Shown: positions 1-9,490 of the stretch, piece by piece
Layout: each line of letters opens with the position of its first letter
How positions within the stretch are numbered: the stretch's first letter is position 1
Assembly: GCA_000166095.1 (NCBI GenBank)
Contig: CP002278.1
Coordinates: 420,001 to 452,000, forward strand
Source: Methanothermus fervidus DSM 2088
Lineage (GTDB): Archaea; Methanobacteriota; Methanobacteria; DSM-2088; Methanothermaceae
Length of the DNA stretch: 32,000 nucleotides
Direction of reading: 5' to 3'
Made by a program: the position numbers and the translations under genes
Notes under the pieces: model-generated
Seen by the model: only the letters and a program-made list of their open reading frames with translations
Told to the model about the DNA's origin: nothing
The model's database searches: none

Positions 1-1574
1 GTATTATACCACTTTAAATATTCTTCTACATCAATTGTTATACAACCATTCTTTATTAATTCTTCAATATATTGAATATTTGTTACATTTTTTGGATTTC
101 TTCCACATCTATTTATCATTTCCATAAGAAATGTAGGTGAAATTGAAACATTTCCTAAATCATATCCTGCTAGCTTCATGGAATTTAATAAATTAGCTAA
201 GCTTTTATATAAGTTTAAACCATTAGTTACAGGCATTTTTTCATCATGTGTATTATCAAAATATACAATTGCTATTTTTTTATCTGAATTATTCTTTTTC
301 CTGAGATTTATCCAAGCTGTAACCCTATCTACCAACTGTTTAATTCCAAATTCGTATGGCATATATTTCTTTTCGGGATACCCTGTATTTTCATCTATAT
401 TTGTAATAATGTCTCCTCCAATGAGGATTGGCTCAATACGTCCTTGTACTTCAAAAATACAGAGCCAAAAGTATTCTAAACCTCTTAACCCCATTTTTTT
501 GTTTTTTAAGTATTCATCAAGCGTTGTTTGTGAAAATACAGGTAACGGTCCCAAAACAGGTACATTAAGATCTTTATATAATTTTAAAGTTGCATTATCC
601 GTCCAATATCCAAATTGAAGGCATGCAACAATTATATCCACTAATGGTTTTCCATCTTTCATGAAATATTTTCTTGATGAATTGATTGCATCATTTGTAT
701 AAAAGTAAGGTATTACATTAAGGCCTCGAGATTCAAGCTCTCCTATTAGTTTTTTATACACTTCCATGTTGTTAGCTACATAATATCTACCTAATATGGG
801 TACTCCAACCCACGGTTGTCCTTCTTTATATTTTCCAGAACTCTTATACCAAGTTATATATGACTGTAAATCTTGAAAAATAGTGCCGTAGGGAGCATCA
901 GGATGATACAGAAAATCACTAGGTGGTGGTACAAATCTTGTTTCATTGAGAGTAATATTTATTACTCCCGCACGTCTTAATATTTCAAGTATGAGTCTTT
1001 TCATGTTTTCCTGACTTAACATTGGTGCTGCTATTCCAGCATAGGGTGGTGCTAACAGCTCAATTCCGATATCAGTTCTTGTAACATTTGGCTTCGTTGT
1101 CCCTAATACAAAAACTTTTGCACCAGATGGTAGTGAATTAATTATGTTCTGAAAATCTATAGGTGCATCAAGTTCTGTCCCATAGGTTAATCCAGTTACA
1201 GGATAACCAGGTCTTGTACATAAAAAGAATATATTAGCATCCTTAATATCCTCTTTAAATTTCATATAGACTGTAGAATTTAAGTTAATCAAATCCATAG
1301 TATATATTTTTAATGTGAAATTATAACCTTTAGGCTCTAACTCTTTTTTGTATGTTTCATACATAACTTTGTCAACAGTGCCTACAACACATCCAGTAAC
1401 CAATACAACCATTTTAGTGTTTTGAAGTTTAGATTGTGTAAGATTTTCCATTTTTATATCTGATGAATTTGTTGAAAGGTTGTTTGCAAATACAAAATTA
1501 CAACATCCAAATAATAACAAAATTAAAATTCCACAAAGGCAAACTTTCTTGTTTATACCCTTGCCTAGTTTCAT
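1..1574 (-). CDS. CobN/Mg-chelatase-family large subunit, N-terminal 524 codons (3' end lies beyond window start); N-terminal hydrophobic signal/anchor
   Basis: Own translation of the minus strand from ATG 1572-1574 (GGTGA 5 nt upstream) stays open to base 1 (MKLGKGINKKVCLCGILILLLFGCC...KKIAIVYFDNTHDE...LAGYDLGNV). It is missing from the ORF track only because no stop lies in the window. The block pattern recalls CobN; this is recalled, not searched. Confidence 0.7.
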   Translation of the reverse strand, partial: MKLGKGINKKVCLCGILILLLFGCCNFVFANNLSTNSSDIKMENLTQSKLQNTKMVVLVTGCVVGTVDKVMYETYKKELEPKGYNFTLKIYTMDLINLNSTVYMKFKEDIKDANIFFLCTRPGYPVTGLTYGTELDAPIDFQNIINSLPSGAKVFVLGTTKPNVTRTDIGIELLAPPYAGIAAPMLSQENMKRLILEILRRAGVINITLNETRFVPPPSDFLYHPDAPYGTIFQDLQSYITWYKSSGKYKEGQPWVGVPILGRYYVANNMEVYKKLIGELESRGLNVIPYFYTNDAINSSRKYFMKDGKPLVDIIVACLQFGYWTDNATLKLYKDLNVPVLGPLPVFSQTTLDEYLKNKKMGLRGLEYFWLCIFEVQGRIEPILIGGDIITNIDENTGYPEKKYMPYEFGIKQLVDRVTAWINLRKKNNSDKKIAIVYFDNTHDEKMPVTNGLNLYKSLANLLNSMKLAGYDLGNVSISPTFLMEMINRCGRNPKNVTNIQYIEELIKNGCITIDVEEYLKWYN

Positions 1575-1677
1575 AACTTTCACCAAATATGATAACTATT
1601 TGAAAAGTTATTATCCATTCTTGTCAAGGGAAAGTTTATAATTTTCCATTTAAAAGAAAAACATAAATTTTATAAAT

Positions 1678-1687
1678 AAAAAAAAAA
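1678..1687 (-). terminator. oligo-T (T10 on minus strand) candidate archaeal terminator after the TatD-like gene
   Basis: A10 run on the plus strand, 8 nt downstream of the minus-strand stop at 1695-1697. Oligo-T tracts are the usual archaeal termination signal. Confidence 0.45.
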
Positions 1688-1694
1688 CAAAAAT

Positions 1695-2450
1695 TTAAAG
1701 TTTAAAGAATTTTTCTGCATTTTTATAAGAAACTTTTGCAATTTCTGAATCATTGAAATCTTTGAGTCGCATTTTATGTACAGTTTTTGGAACTGAAAGA
1801 GGATCTGAAGGTGCAGAACTCATGTCAGAGTTTAACATAAATTTGTCAACACCATATTCCTCTAAAATTGTTATAGCCTTGTCTATGGTTAATTTACCTG
1901 GTTGAATTGTGAGTCCAAGCATGCATTCTCTATCCACAACTTTGTCAACAACTTTATCATCAATATGGTCTATGACAGCTAAAGATTCATCTAAATTTTC
2001 GCTTAATAATGACAATATTGTGTCAATTACTTTTTCTTTATTTTTTCTAGGAGTGTGAATAATAACTGGAACTTTTAATTTATCAGCAAGTTTTATTTGT
2101 TCTTTAAAAATTTTTAATTCTTCTTTAGATCCTTTTTCAAGCCCTATCTCACCTATTGCCACAACTTTTGGATTATTCAAAATTGAAGGTAATTTATTTA
2201 TCACTTTTTCATAGTCTGTGGGAATAGCTCTGGGATGTATACCTGCAGCCACATATAAATCAATTCCATTTTCTTGAGCTCTTTTAACATCAAGTTTTTG
2301 AAGACGAGAAATATGTTCCAAGGTTACAACAGCGGATTTCATTGGCAATGGATCATGGGCACAGGTTATAGCTTTTTCAATGCCAGAAATTGCCATCATT
2401 TCAAAATCTTCGTAAGGTCTGGTATCTGCATGTATATGACTATCAATCAT
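1695..2450 (-). CDS. TatD-family metal-dependent hydrolase
   Basis: 251-aa ORF with an N-terminal MIDSHIHAD (HxH metal site) and later IHTP and NSD(M) blocks typical of TatD-type TIM-barrel hydrolases. GGTGAG SD upstream of the ATG. Confidence 0.8.
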   Translation of the reverse strand: MIDSHIHADTRPYEDFEMMAISGIEKAITCAHDPLPMKSAVVTLEHISRLQKLDVKRAQENGIDLYVAAGIHPRAIPTDYEKVINKLPSILNNPKVVAIGEIGLEKGSKEELKIFKEQIKLADKLKVPVIIHTPRKNKEKVIDTILSLLSENLDESLAVIDHIDDKVVDKVVDRECMLGLTIQPGKLTIDKAITILEEYGVDKFMLNSDMSSAPSDPLSVPKTVHKMRLKDFNDSEIAKVSYKNAEKFFKL

Positions 2451-2569
2451 CTTCTCACCTATAAAAACTTTTTACAATAATTTTTTATCTTTTGTTCAAA
2501 ATATATATTTAAATTTTATGTAATGTATAAATTTAAATGCAAAAAACAAAAATTTTTTAGGATGGTAGT

Positions 2570-3205
2570 ATGAAAAAAGAAAAACTTTTAAAATTTCTTT
2601 CAAGGATTGGAGTTGACACACGGTTTATTACAATCATAGATTCATGTATATATATTAATAATTTAAGGTTTTCAAGATTTTCAAGGAAAAGAGAGAAGAT
2701 TTTAAAAAAATACTTTCCAGAAATAAAAGTAATTAGATCAAAAATATTTCAAAGGATTTCTACAAGAAGTAAAAATATTTTAAGAGATGAATTAAAACCA
2801 AAGGACAGAGTATTAATCATGAAAACAGATAAAATTAGATACACTGCAGCTTATGCAGTCTTAGAACCATACACAAGAAAATATGGAATTAAAATAGTAG
2901 AAAAAAATCCAGATTGTATAGTAAATCCACTGACGTTGGATGACATAGTTATTAACGTGTTTAAAAAACTTTTATCAGGAAAAAAATTAAAAATGGAAGT
3001 AAAAAAAGATAACAAGAGAGTTATATATCCCCTCTCAAAAGTTCCATATTCTTGGATATGTAAATGGTTAAAAAAAGAATGTAAAATAGAATATCAAGAC
3101 AAAATGGTAAATAAATTTATGGACTTTTTCAATACAGTGGTCCCTGATTATAAAGAAAAAATTGCAAGTTCTATACTGGAACTTTCTAAAGTTATTAAAA
3201 ACTAG
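2570..3205 (+). CDS. hypothetical protein, possibly a degenerate PP-loop (adenine-nucleotide alpha-hydrolase)-like protein
   Basis: 211-aa ORF filling the gap between two minus-strand genes. LTLDDIVINVFKKLLSG and RVIYPLSKVPYSWICKWL resemble the TilS/TtcA-type LDD...L..G and IRPL....E.. blocks. The position expected for SGGxDS reads IMKTDKIRY. Confidence 0.55.
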   Translation: MKKEKLLKFLSRIGVDTRFITIIDSCIYINNLRFSRFSRKREKILKKYFPEIKVIRSKIFQRISTRSKNILRDELKPKDRVLIMKTDKIRYTAAYAVLEPYTRKYGIKIVEKNPDCIVNPLTLDDIVINVFKKLLSGKKLKMEVKKDNKRVIYPLSKVPYSWICKWLKKECKIEYQDKMVNKFMDFFNTVVPDYKEKIASSILELSKVIKN

Positions 3206-4419
3206 GAAAGGAGTTTTAATTCTTTTAGGAATTTTACTTCATTTTTTTCAAAACCTGCAAAGCGTGATATTTCTTCTGACATTTTAGAATTTTGTAGAAT
3301 AATTTTTAAATATGGTAAAAAGGTGAAAGCAACCTTTTTTGAGACATGTAATCTATTGGCTAATTTCTCTAAAATTGTATCTATTTTTTCTATTTTTTTT
3401 CTTGCACTTCTTCTTAACTTGAAGTATGAAGGACCACTATACCTAGTAAATTTCTTATATTTTTTATCTTTAGAAAATGCTACACCTAAAGTCATTAAAT
3501 TAATTGCATATTTCCAATATCCATAATTTTGTGTTCTTTGAGCCCTTCCTAAATATACATCTGCCTTAGAAATCATGTCATAAGCTTTTTTAATTTCATG
3601 AGGCTTTTCATATTCTCTTGGTATATTTTCTGCAATAAATTCTAAAATATAGTTGGGGTCTTCATCCGTACTCCGCACTTTCTGCATGACATGAGACATG
3701 CTCTCACTTTTAAGAACAACAATAGATAGTTCAAGTATGTTAGAAAATTCATCTTTTGTTGCCAAATAATCTAAATATTCTGGCTTTATTTCTTTTTCAC
3801 CTCTTGCTATAGCTTCCAACATATTTATAGCTTGTCTAACATCGCCAGAAGCCTTTTTAGCAATTTCCATAAGCACTGATCTATTAAATTTTATTTTTTC
3901 TTTCCTACATATTCTTCCTAACAATGCTACAATTGATCTAGCTGGTGGTCTTCTTAACTTCAAAACTTTGCATTTCTTTCTGATCCTAGCAAGATGTCTA
4001 GTGTAAATATCATTTGCTGTTAATACTATTGGATGTTTACTAATGTCTATTATTTTTAAAATTGCGCTTGCACCGCCTCTATCTTCTATACTATGAATAT
4101 TATCCACTTCATCTAACACAATAACTCGTTCATGTTTCCCAAAAAGACTACCTGATTTAGATGATTCCCCCACAATACGCATTAGTATTGAATATGATCT
4201 TTTATCACTAGCATTTAAGCTAATACTATCTGAAAACTTATTAGAAATTATTTGGGCTAACGCTGTTTTACCTACTCCAGTAGGACCTACCAACAATAAA
4301 GGAGGTTGTGGTTTACCTTCTTTCCAGTCTCTAATCCACTTTCTTACTTCTTCAACTACTTTCCTATTGCCTATAAATTCATCAAAATCTTTTGGACGAT
4401 ATTTTTCAACCCACTTCAA
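3202..4419 (-). CDS. rfcL: replication factor C large subunit
   Basis: WVEKYRPK, Walker A GPTGVGKT, Walker B VIVLDEVD and clamp-loader AAA+ layout, adjacent to the small subunit. TTG start preceded by GGTGAT. Confidence 0.9.
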   Translation of the reverse strand: MKWVEKYRPKDFDEFIGNRKVVEEVRKWIRDWKEGKPQPPLLLVGPTGVGKTALAQIISNKFSDSISLNASDKRSYSILMRIVGESSKSGSLFGKHERVIVLDEVDNIHSIEDRGGASAILKIIDISKHPIVLTANDIYTRHLARIRKKCKVLKLRRPPARSIVALLGRICRKEKIKFNRSVLMEIAKKASGDVRQAINMLEAIARGEKEIKPEYLDYLATKDEFSNILELSIVVLKSESMSHVMQKVRSTDEDPNYILEFIAENIPREYEKPHEIKKAYDMISKADVYLGRAQRTQNYGYWKYAINLMTLGVAFSKDKKYKKFTRYSGPSYFKLRRSARKKIEKIDTILEKLANRLHVSKKVAFTFLPYLKIILQNSKMSEEISRFAGFEKNEVKFLKELKLLS

Positions 4420-4440
4420 ATGATCACCTTGGAGAAAATA

Positions 4441-5397
4441 TTAGATAGGCCGTAATAAACTTGCAAGCAATGATTCTAGCTGTATTCTTGGATTTGCTCC
4501 TTCTCTTATCCTGAAATCATATTCACCAATTACATCTACAAATTTCACATATGTTTCTTCATCTACTTCTCCATCAATGGCTAACCTTGAAAATTCTCGA
4601 TATATTTGATCTATTAAATCTTCTCCACTTACACCATATGATATCATTATTTCCCTCAGCATTTCTCTAGCTTTTAAAAACTCTCCATTTAACGCCTTTA
4701 CTATCATTTTTCTAACATCTTCTGGTCTAGCCTTTGATACAACATCATATATGTCATCTTCAGTTATAGTTTTATCCAAAGCAGCTGCAGCTTGTAATAT
4801 GTTGATCGCTTTACGAAGATCTCCTTCAGCAAAATAAACTATTGCATCAAGGGCTTTCTCTTCATAATCTACATTTTCTTTTTCACAAATGTATTTTAGT
4901 CTCTTTATAATATCCTTGGATTTAAGAGGTAAGAATCTAAAAACTACACATCTAGACTGAACAGGTTCAATAATTTTGGAAGAATAATTACATGAAAGAA
5001 TGAAAGTTGCAGTTTCAGCATACATTTCCATTTCTCTTCTTAATGCTTGTTGAGCATCTCTAGTCATATTATCTACTTCATCTAAAAATACAATTCTAAA
5101 TGGAGCATTAATTGGTCTTAATCTGCAAAAATTTTTTATTTCAGTTCTTACAGTATCTATACCTCTTGCATCAGAAGCATTTAACTCTAAAAAATTTTGT
5201 TGCCAATATTCTCCAAGTATTTCTCTGGCAAGTGCAAGTGCCACTGTAGTTTTACCAACGCCAGCAGGCCCTGCAAAAAGCAAATTTGGTAAAGTTTTCT
5301 TTTCTACATATTTTTTTAATCTTGAGACAACGTGTTTTTGATTTACAACGTCATCTAATACTTTAGGCCTATATTTTTCTGTCCATATACCTGTCAT
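4441..5397 (-). CDS. rfcS: replication factor C small subunit
   Basis: [26 protein letters not shown] motif (VQSRC). I prefer ATG 5395-5397 (MTGIWTEKY) with GGTGAT 4 nt upstream over the TTG at 5409 used by the track. Confidence 0.93.
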   Translation of the reverse strand: MTGIWTEKYRPKVLDDVVNQKHVVSRLKKYVEKKTLPNLLFAGPAGVGKTTVALALAREILGEYWQQNFLELNASDARGIDTVRTEIKNFCRLRPINAPFRIVFLDEVDNMTRDAQQALRREMEMYAETATFILSCNYSSKIIEPVQSRCVVFRFLPLKSKDIIKRLKYICEKENVDYEEKALDAIVYFAEGDLRKAINILQAAAALDKTITEDDIYDVVSKARPEDVRKMIVKALNGEFLKAREMLREIMISYGVSGEDLIDQIYREFSRLAIDGEVDEETYVKFVDVIGEYDFRIREGANPRIQLESLLASLLRPI

Positions 5398-5402
5398 TAT
5401 GA

Positions 5403-6812
5403 TCACCAACGGTCATATTCATTTTTGACATATTTTTGGAGTGAAATTATAGATTTTTCAACAGCTTTTGGCGATGGTCCACCCACTATATTTCTCTGTT
5501 TTATACATTCAAATGGATCAATGACTTTCTTTAGTTCTTCATCCTTAATGTTTAATTTTTTACCGATTACTTTTTTACTAACTTCATCCAAAATTTTAGA
5601 ATTAATTTCTGAAGGTTTGATACCTTCATCTATGCATTTACTTACTAATTTTCCAACTATTTTGTGTGCAACCCTGAATGGCAATTTCCTTTTTTTTACA
5701 ATTAGATCTGCAATATCAGTTGCAACAGAAAAATTAGATTTAGCAAGCTCTATTCCTCTCTTTTTATTTATTTTTATACTTGATAACATTCCTTCCATAA
5801 TGTCTATAATTTTTTCTATGGTATTAACAGAATTCCAGAGATGAGGAGTCACTTCTTGTAAATCTCTATTGTAACTATGTGGCAATGCTTTTAAAATACT
5901 CATAACAGACATTAAATCCCCATATAAATTAGAAGATTTTGCCCTTATAATTTCAGCTACATCAGGATTCTTTTTTTGAGGCATTATTGATGATGTAGAA
6001 CAAAATTCATCGCCAATTTCAATTAATCCAAATTCATAGGTACTCCAAAGAATTAATTCTTCACATATTCTACTTATGTTTGTAGCTAGCATGGCTAAAT
6101 CAAAAATTGTTTCGGCAATAAAATCTCGTGAACTTACAGCATCTATTGAATTTTCAAAATAAGATGAAAAACCAAGAATTTTTGTTGTAGTTTTTCTATT
6201 TATTGGAAATGTAGTGGTTGTCATAGCGGCTGATCCTAGTGGATTTATATCTATTCTTTTATAAGTATCTTTTAATCTTTCATAATCTCTTTTTAGCGAA
6301 TTTGCATATGCCAACAAATAATGTGCAAAAGTAGTTGGTTGTGCATGTTGCAGATGTGTATATCCCACCATCACAGTTTCTTTATGTTTTGATGCTAATT
6401 TTGAAATCTTGTAAATTAGATTAAGTAATTTCTTACATAATTTTTCAATTTTGGATTTCAGTGCCAACCTAAGATCTGTAACCACTTGATCGTTCCTTGA
6501 TTTCCCAATATGCATGAAACCTGCTTCTTCACCAATTTTAGAGGTCACATAATTTTCTATTGCCATGTGAATATCTTCTAATGATGGATCTAAATCTAAA
6601 GCTTTTATTCCTTTTTTTTTCAATTCTTTTAAAGTTTTTATTATTTTATTTGCAATCTCAACATCTATTATATTTTCTTCTGCCAACATTTGTACATGTG
6701 CAATATTACAGTCAATATCAGCTTCAAATATATAACGATCAAAATCTAAAGATGACAAAAATTTTGCAACATCTTTTTTCATGTCTTTTTTTAATCTGCT
6801 CCTAATATCCAA
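5403..6812 (-). CDS. argH: argininosuccinate lyase
   Basis: 469 aa with the fumarate-lyase superfamily signature [12 protein letters not shown]. ArgH-like N-terminus ([23 protein letters not shown]). TTG start with GGTGA 6 nt upstream. Confidence 0.9.
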   Translation of the reverse strand: MDIRSRLKKDMKKDVAKFLSSLDFDRYIFEADIDCNIAHVQMLAEENIIDVEIANKIIKTLKELKKKGIKALDLDPSLEDIHMAIENYVTSKIGEEAGFMHIGKSRNDQVVTDLRLALKSKIEKLCKKLLNLIYKISKLASKHKETVMVGYTHLQHAQPTTFAHYLLAYANSLKRDYERLKDTYKRIDINPLGSAAMTTTTFPINRKTTTKILGFSSYFENSIDAVSSRDFIAETIFDLAMLATNISRICEELILWSTYEFGLIEIGDEFCSTSSIMPQKKNPDVAEIIRAKSSNLYGDLMSVMSILKALPHSYNRDLQEVTPHLWNSVNTIEKIIDIMEGMLSSIKINKKRGIELAKSNFSVATDIADLIVKKRKLPFRVAHKIVGKLVSKCIDEGIKPSEINSKILDEVSKKVIGKKLNIKDEELKKVIDPFECIKQRNIVGGPSPKAVEKSIISLQKYVKNEYDRW

Positions 6813-6818
6813 TCTTTT

Positions 6819-6974
6819 TCACCTTTTTCTTTTCCACTTAGTATATCCACATTTACCACATGCGTATCTGTCACCATGGTCTGCCATAAACACACCACTT
6901 GAACATCGTGGACAAAATGGATTTTTGCGTATTATTTTGTCACCTTTTATTTCATATAATTTGTATTTAGCCAT
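6819..6974 (-). CDS. rps27ae: ribosomal protein S27ae (eS31)
   Basis: Own translation gives MAKYKLYEIKGDKIIRKNPFCPRCSSGVFMADHGDRYACGKCGYTKWKRKR (51 aa, CxxC...CxxC zinc ribbon). GGTGA SD. Sits directly after S24e as in other archaea. Below the ORF-track cut-off. Confidence 0.9.
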   Translation of the reverse strand: MAKYKLYEIKGDKIIRKNPFCPRCSSGVFMADHGDRYACGKCGYTKWKRKR

Positions 6975-6976
6975 TT

Positions 6977-7282
6977 TTATTCACCTTCTTTAGCTTTACT
7001 TTCTCCAATTTTATTTTTCCTTATTATATGTTCTTGCTCTATTTCCTCTAAACTTTCTTTTGAATCATATATTTTAGCATATCCTACACATCTTCCTTCC
7101 CCATATCTTGGCTCGAGAGTATCTATCACTATCAATTCCTTATTAACATCCAATATACTACTCAATTTGTCTCTTACATCAACTCTTTTAGGTGTAGGTT
7201 CTCCTGAATGCAAACATTCAAATTTTATTTCTTTTCTTTTTAGTAGTTCGTTCCTTTTTTCTTCAGTTATATTTATTTCCAT
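6977..7282 (-). CDS. rps24e: ribosomal protein S24e
   Basis: 101 aa. NELLKRKEIKF...TPKR..VR..L and IYDS....E.EQEHIIRKN match the S24e pattern. Conserved S24e-S27ae pair. Confidence 0.9.
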   Translation of the reverse strand: MEINITEEKRNELLKRKEIKFECLHSGEPTPKRVDVRDKLSSILDVNKELIVIDTLEPRYGEGRCVGYAKIYDSKESLEEIEQEHIIRKNKIGESKAKEGE

Positions 7283-7772
7283 GCTCTTTCACCTCTTTGA
7301 ATTCTTTAATAATTTTTTTTGCTTTGTTTTTGGATTTATCAGCGTCAACTACTACTACTCCCTCATTTGGTTGACCATACAAAATTAAAGCTTTACTGGA
7401 AAATAAAATTGCTGGCAAAACTGCTAAGTCTTCCTCACCAGATACATTTATTATTGTTTTTTCTTTTGATTTTAAAGCCTTTTTTATAGCGTTCATCAAT
7501 GATTCAGTTATCGTACCTGGCGGATTACTAACATTCAATATTTTTGATTTATATTCTATTCTATAATAAGATTTTTTTCTCTGTATTTTTCTGTCTATTA
7601 TAGCTACATCAGGATATATACCTCTATCTACAAGATTTTTAGTAGTTTCATCGCCAACAGAAATTATTTTGTATTCATTTGGTGGAAAATTTTTTATATC
7701 ATCAATTGATTTATACAATTTTCCAAAGGGTTTTTTTAATTTTTTTCTTAATTTTTTTGGCAATATAAGCAC
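7263..7772 (-). CDS. DUF359/UPF0218 protein, archaeal GTP-dependent dephospho-CoA kinase family
   Basis: 169 aa with SVGDETT, IIDRKIQRK and SGEEDLAVLP blocks characteristic of DUF359 (the family of the Thermococcus GTP-dependent DPCK). GTG start overlaps the spt4 stop. Confidence 0.75.
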   Translation of the reverse strand: MLILPKKLRKKLKKPFGKLYKSIDDIKNFPPNEYKIISVGDETTKNLVDRGIYPDVAIIDRKIQRKKSYYRIEYKSKILNVSNPPGTITESLMNAIKKALKSKEKTIINVSGEEDLAVLPAILFSSKALILYGQPNEGVVVVDADKSKNKAKKIIKEFKEVKEHGNKYN

Positions 7773-7954
7773 TATCTAACCCTCAAAGCATATTCTCCAG
7801 GCAAATTAATGTTCAATTCTTTTGCCATCCTTGATTTATTAGGATCTATAACTATAAGTAATCCACTCCAATTTTCTGAGGTTGGAGCTTTACATACTGG
7901 GCACTGATCTTCAGATGTTATTCGTTTGCATTTTGTACAGGCTTTTTCTATCAT
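7772..7954 (-). CDS. spt4: transcription elongation factor Spt4 (RpoE'')
   Basis: 60 aa with a CxxC...CPxC zinc ribbon followed by [11 protein letters not shown] and GEYALRV. ATGA overlap with the upstream Rpo7 gene. Confidence 0.9.
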   Translation of the reverse strand: MIEKACTKCKRITSEDQCPVCKAPTSENWSGLLIVIDPNKSRMAKELNINLPGEYALRVR

Positions 7955-8532
7955 TTTTTATTCTCCTTTTTTTCTTTCTTTTTCTTCTCTTTTTTCTTCT
8001 CTTCTTCAATCCATTCAAGTTTTCCTAATCCTGGTTGTCTCATTGTTAATCCAATATTAACTTTGAGAGGTAATTGTTTTGTACTTATTGCGACTATTCG
8101 TGCTCTTACTTTATCCCCTTCTTTTAACACTCTCTTAGTTTCTTTTCCTACCAAAATACAATTTTTTGGATCATAATCAATATAATCGTCAGTTATTTGA
8201 GATATATGGACTAGTCCATCTACAGGGCCTATTCTAACGAAAGCTCCAAATTCTGTAATTTCAATAACTTCCCCTTCAATAATTTCATGTAATTCAGGCT
8301 TAAAAAACAGTGCATTGAATGTTACATCATAATATGCTGCGCCATCTCCTATTATTACTTTACCAACGCCTATATCTTCTATATTTTTTATAGCTATCAT
8401 GAACCCAAGTTTTTTGTCAAAAGTTCCAACTAAGGATTGTGTTAATATATCCATAACAACTTCTTCTAAAGGTTCTTCAAATCGTGATGGAGGTACTCTA
8501 ACAGTATTAACCAGCTTAGTTAAATAGTACAA
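7951..8532 (-). CDS. rpoE: RNA polymerase subunit E' (Rpo7) with S1 domain and a Lys/Glu-rich C-terminal tail
   Basis: 193 aa. N-terminal Rpb7-like fold pattern, then an S1 motif ([27 protein letters not shown]). TTG start with GAGGTG SD. Confidence 0.9.
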   Translation of the reverse strand: MYYLTKLVNTVRVPPSRFEEPLEEVVMDILTQSLVGTFDKKLGFMIAIKNIEDIGVGKVIIGDGAAYYDVTFNALFFKPELHEIIEGEVIEITEFGAFVRIGPVDGLVHISQITDDYIDYDPKNCILVGKETKRVLKEGDKVRARIVAISTKQLPLKVNIGLTMRQPGLGKLEWIEEEKKKEKKKKEKKENKK

Positions 8533-8541
8533 AGTGACACC

Positions 8542-9072
8542 TCATCCAAACTTCTTTTTATAAAGCTCTATAGAATGAATTATAGCTTTATGTGCGTATT
8601 TAACGTCTTTCCAACCCTTTACTTCAGTTTTCTTTCCTTCTAAACGTTTATATTCTGAAAAGAAATGAGCTATTTCATCTAGAATATGGGAAGGTATTTC
8701 ATCAATATTTTTTATCTCTTTGTATCTTGGATCCTCTACAGGTACAGCGAGTATTTTATCATCTTGTTTACCTTTATCTATCATTTCCATCATTCCGATA
8801 GGCCTTGCTTCTATAATACAGCCAGGAAATGTAGGTTCTTCCATCATTACAAGTATATCTAGTGGATCACCGTCGTCATATAAAGTTTGTGGTATTATAC
8901 CATAATCAGCTGGATACATAAAAGGAGAATAAAGTACTCTATCTAAACTAAAAGCTCCTAATTCTTTATTATATTCATATTTATTTCTAGAACCTTTTGG
9001 GATCTCTATTACAGCATAAACAATTTCAGGTGCTGAAGGACCTGGTTTTATATCTTTCCAAAGATCTACCAT
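8542..9072 (-). CDS. ppa: inorganic pyrophosphatase (family I)
   Basis: [21 protein letters not shown] and the KIL-AVP region. I prefer ATG 9070-9072 ([12 protein letters not shown]) with GGGGTGA upstream over the GTG at 9081. Confidence 0.92.
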   Translation of the reverse strand: MVDLWKDIKPGPSAPEIVYAVIEIPKGSRNKYEYNKELGAFSLDRVLYSPFMYPADYGIIPQTLYDDGDPLDILVMMEEPTFPGCIIEARPIGMMEMIDKGKQDDKILAVPVEDPRYKEIKNIDEIPSHILDEIAHFFSEYKRLEGKKTEVKGWKDVKYAHKAIIHSIELYKKKFG

Positions 9073-9084
9073 TTTACTCACCCC

Positions 9085-9490
9085 TCATCTAATGTAACCA
9101 TCTATATCTAGATATTTTTTCTGTCTTAAATAAATAACAGGTATTCCTTTTTCTCTAGCCCTTTTTCTTAATTTTTTATCATTAGTACATAATATATCAG
9201 CTACCCTAAGCAATGCATCGTCTATTGTTTCACCTTTTTTAATATCTTCCTTTGAAATTTCAATTTCTTTTGAATTTTTAATAAGTTTTAATGCAAAATC
9301 CGCAGCAATTTTATCTTTGCCTTGTAAATTCTCCCTAACTCTTTTCAATTCTTCCAAAACAAAAAAATGGAACTATTATTTTACAATTAGGAACTAACTT
9401 TTTAATTTCTTCTATAATATCAACTTTAAATTGTATTGGTAAAAATAAAAAATTTGTGTCTAAAACAACATTCTTATTTGAGCACACCAT
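9085..9490 (-). pseudogene. PIN-domain protein (Fcf1/COG1412-like) interrupted by a +1 frameshift in a T7 run
   Basis: N-terminal part runs from ATG 9488-9490 ([43 protein letters not shown]) and stops at 9335. C-terminal part is the track ORF 9085-9357 (..EELKRVRENL...LCTNDKKLRKRAREKGIPVIYLR). Deleting one T from the run at 9361-9367 joins them as ...IIVPFFVLEELKRV... Confidence 0.75.

Noticed and set aside
1592-1611. Inverted repeat ATAACT-N8-AGTTAT between the putative TATA box and the start of the CobN-like gene (possible operator)
   Set aside because: Only 6-bp arms in about 75% A+T DNA, which is expected by chance. No second copy and no known regulator consensus recognised.
9361-9367. 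Interpreting the PIN frameshift as established programmed frameshifting
   Set aside because: Nothing beyond the homopolymer supports recoding: no obvious downstream stimulatory structure. A sequencing error or recent mutation is at least as likely. It is kept as a finding to be checked, not as a recoding claim.
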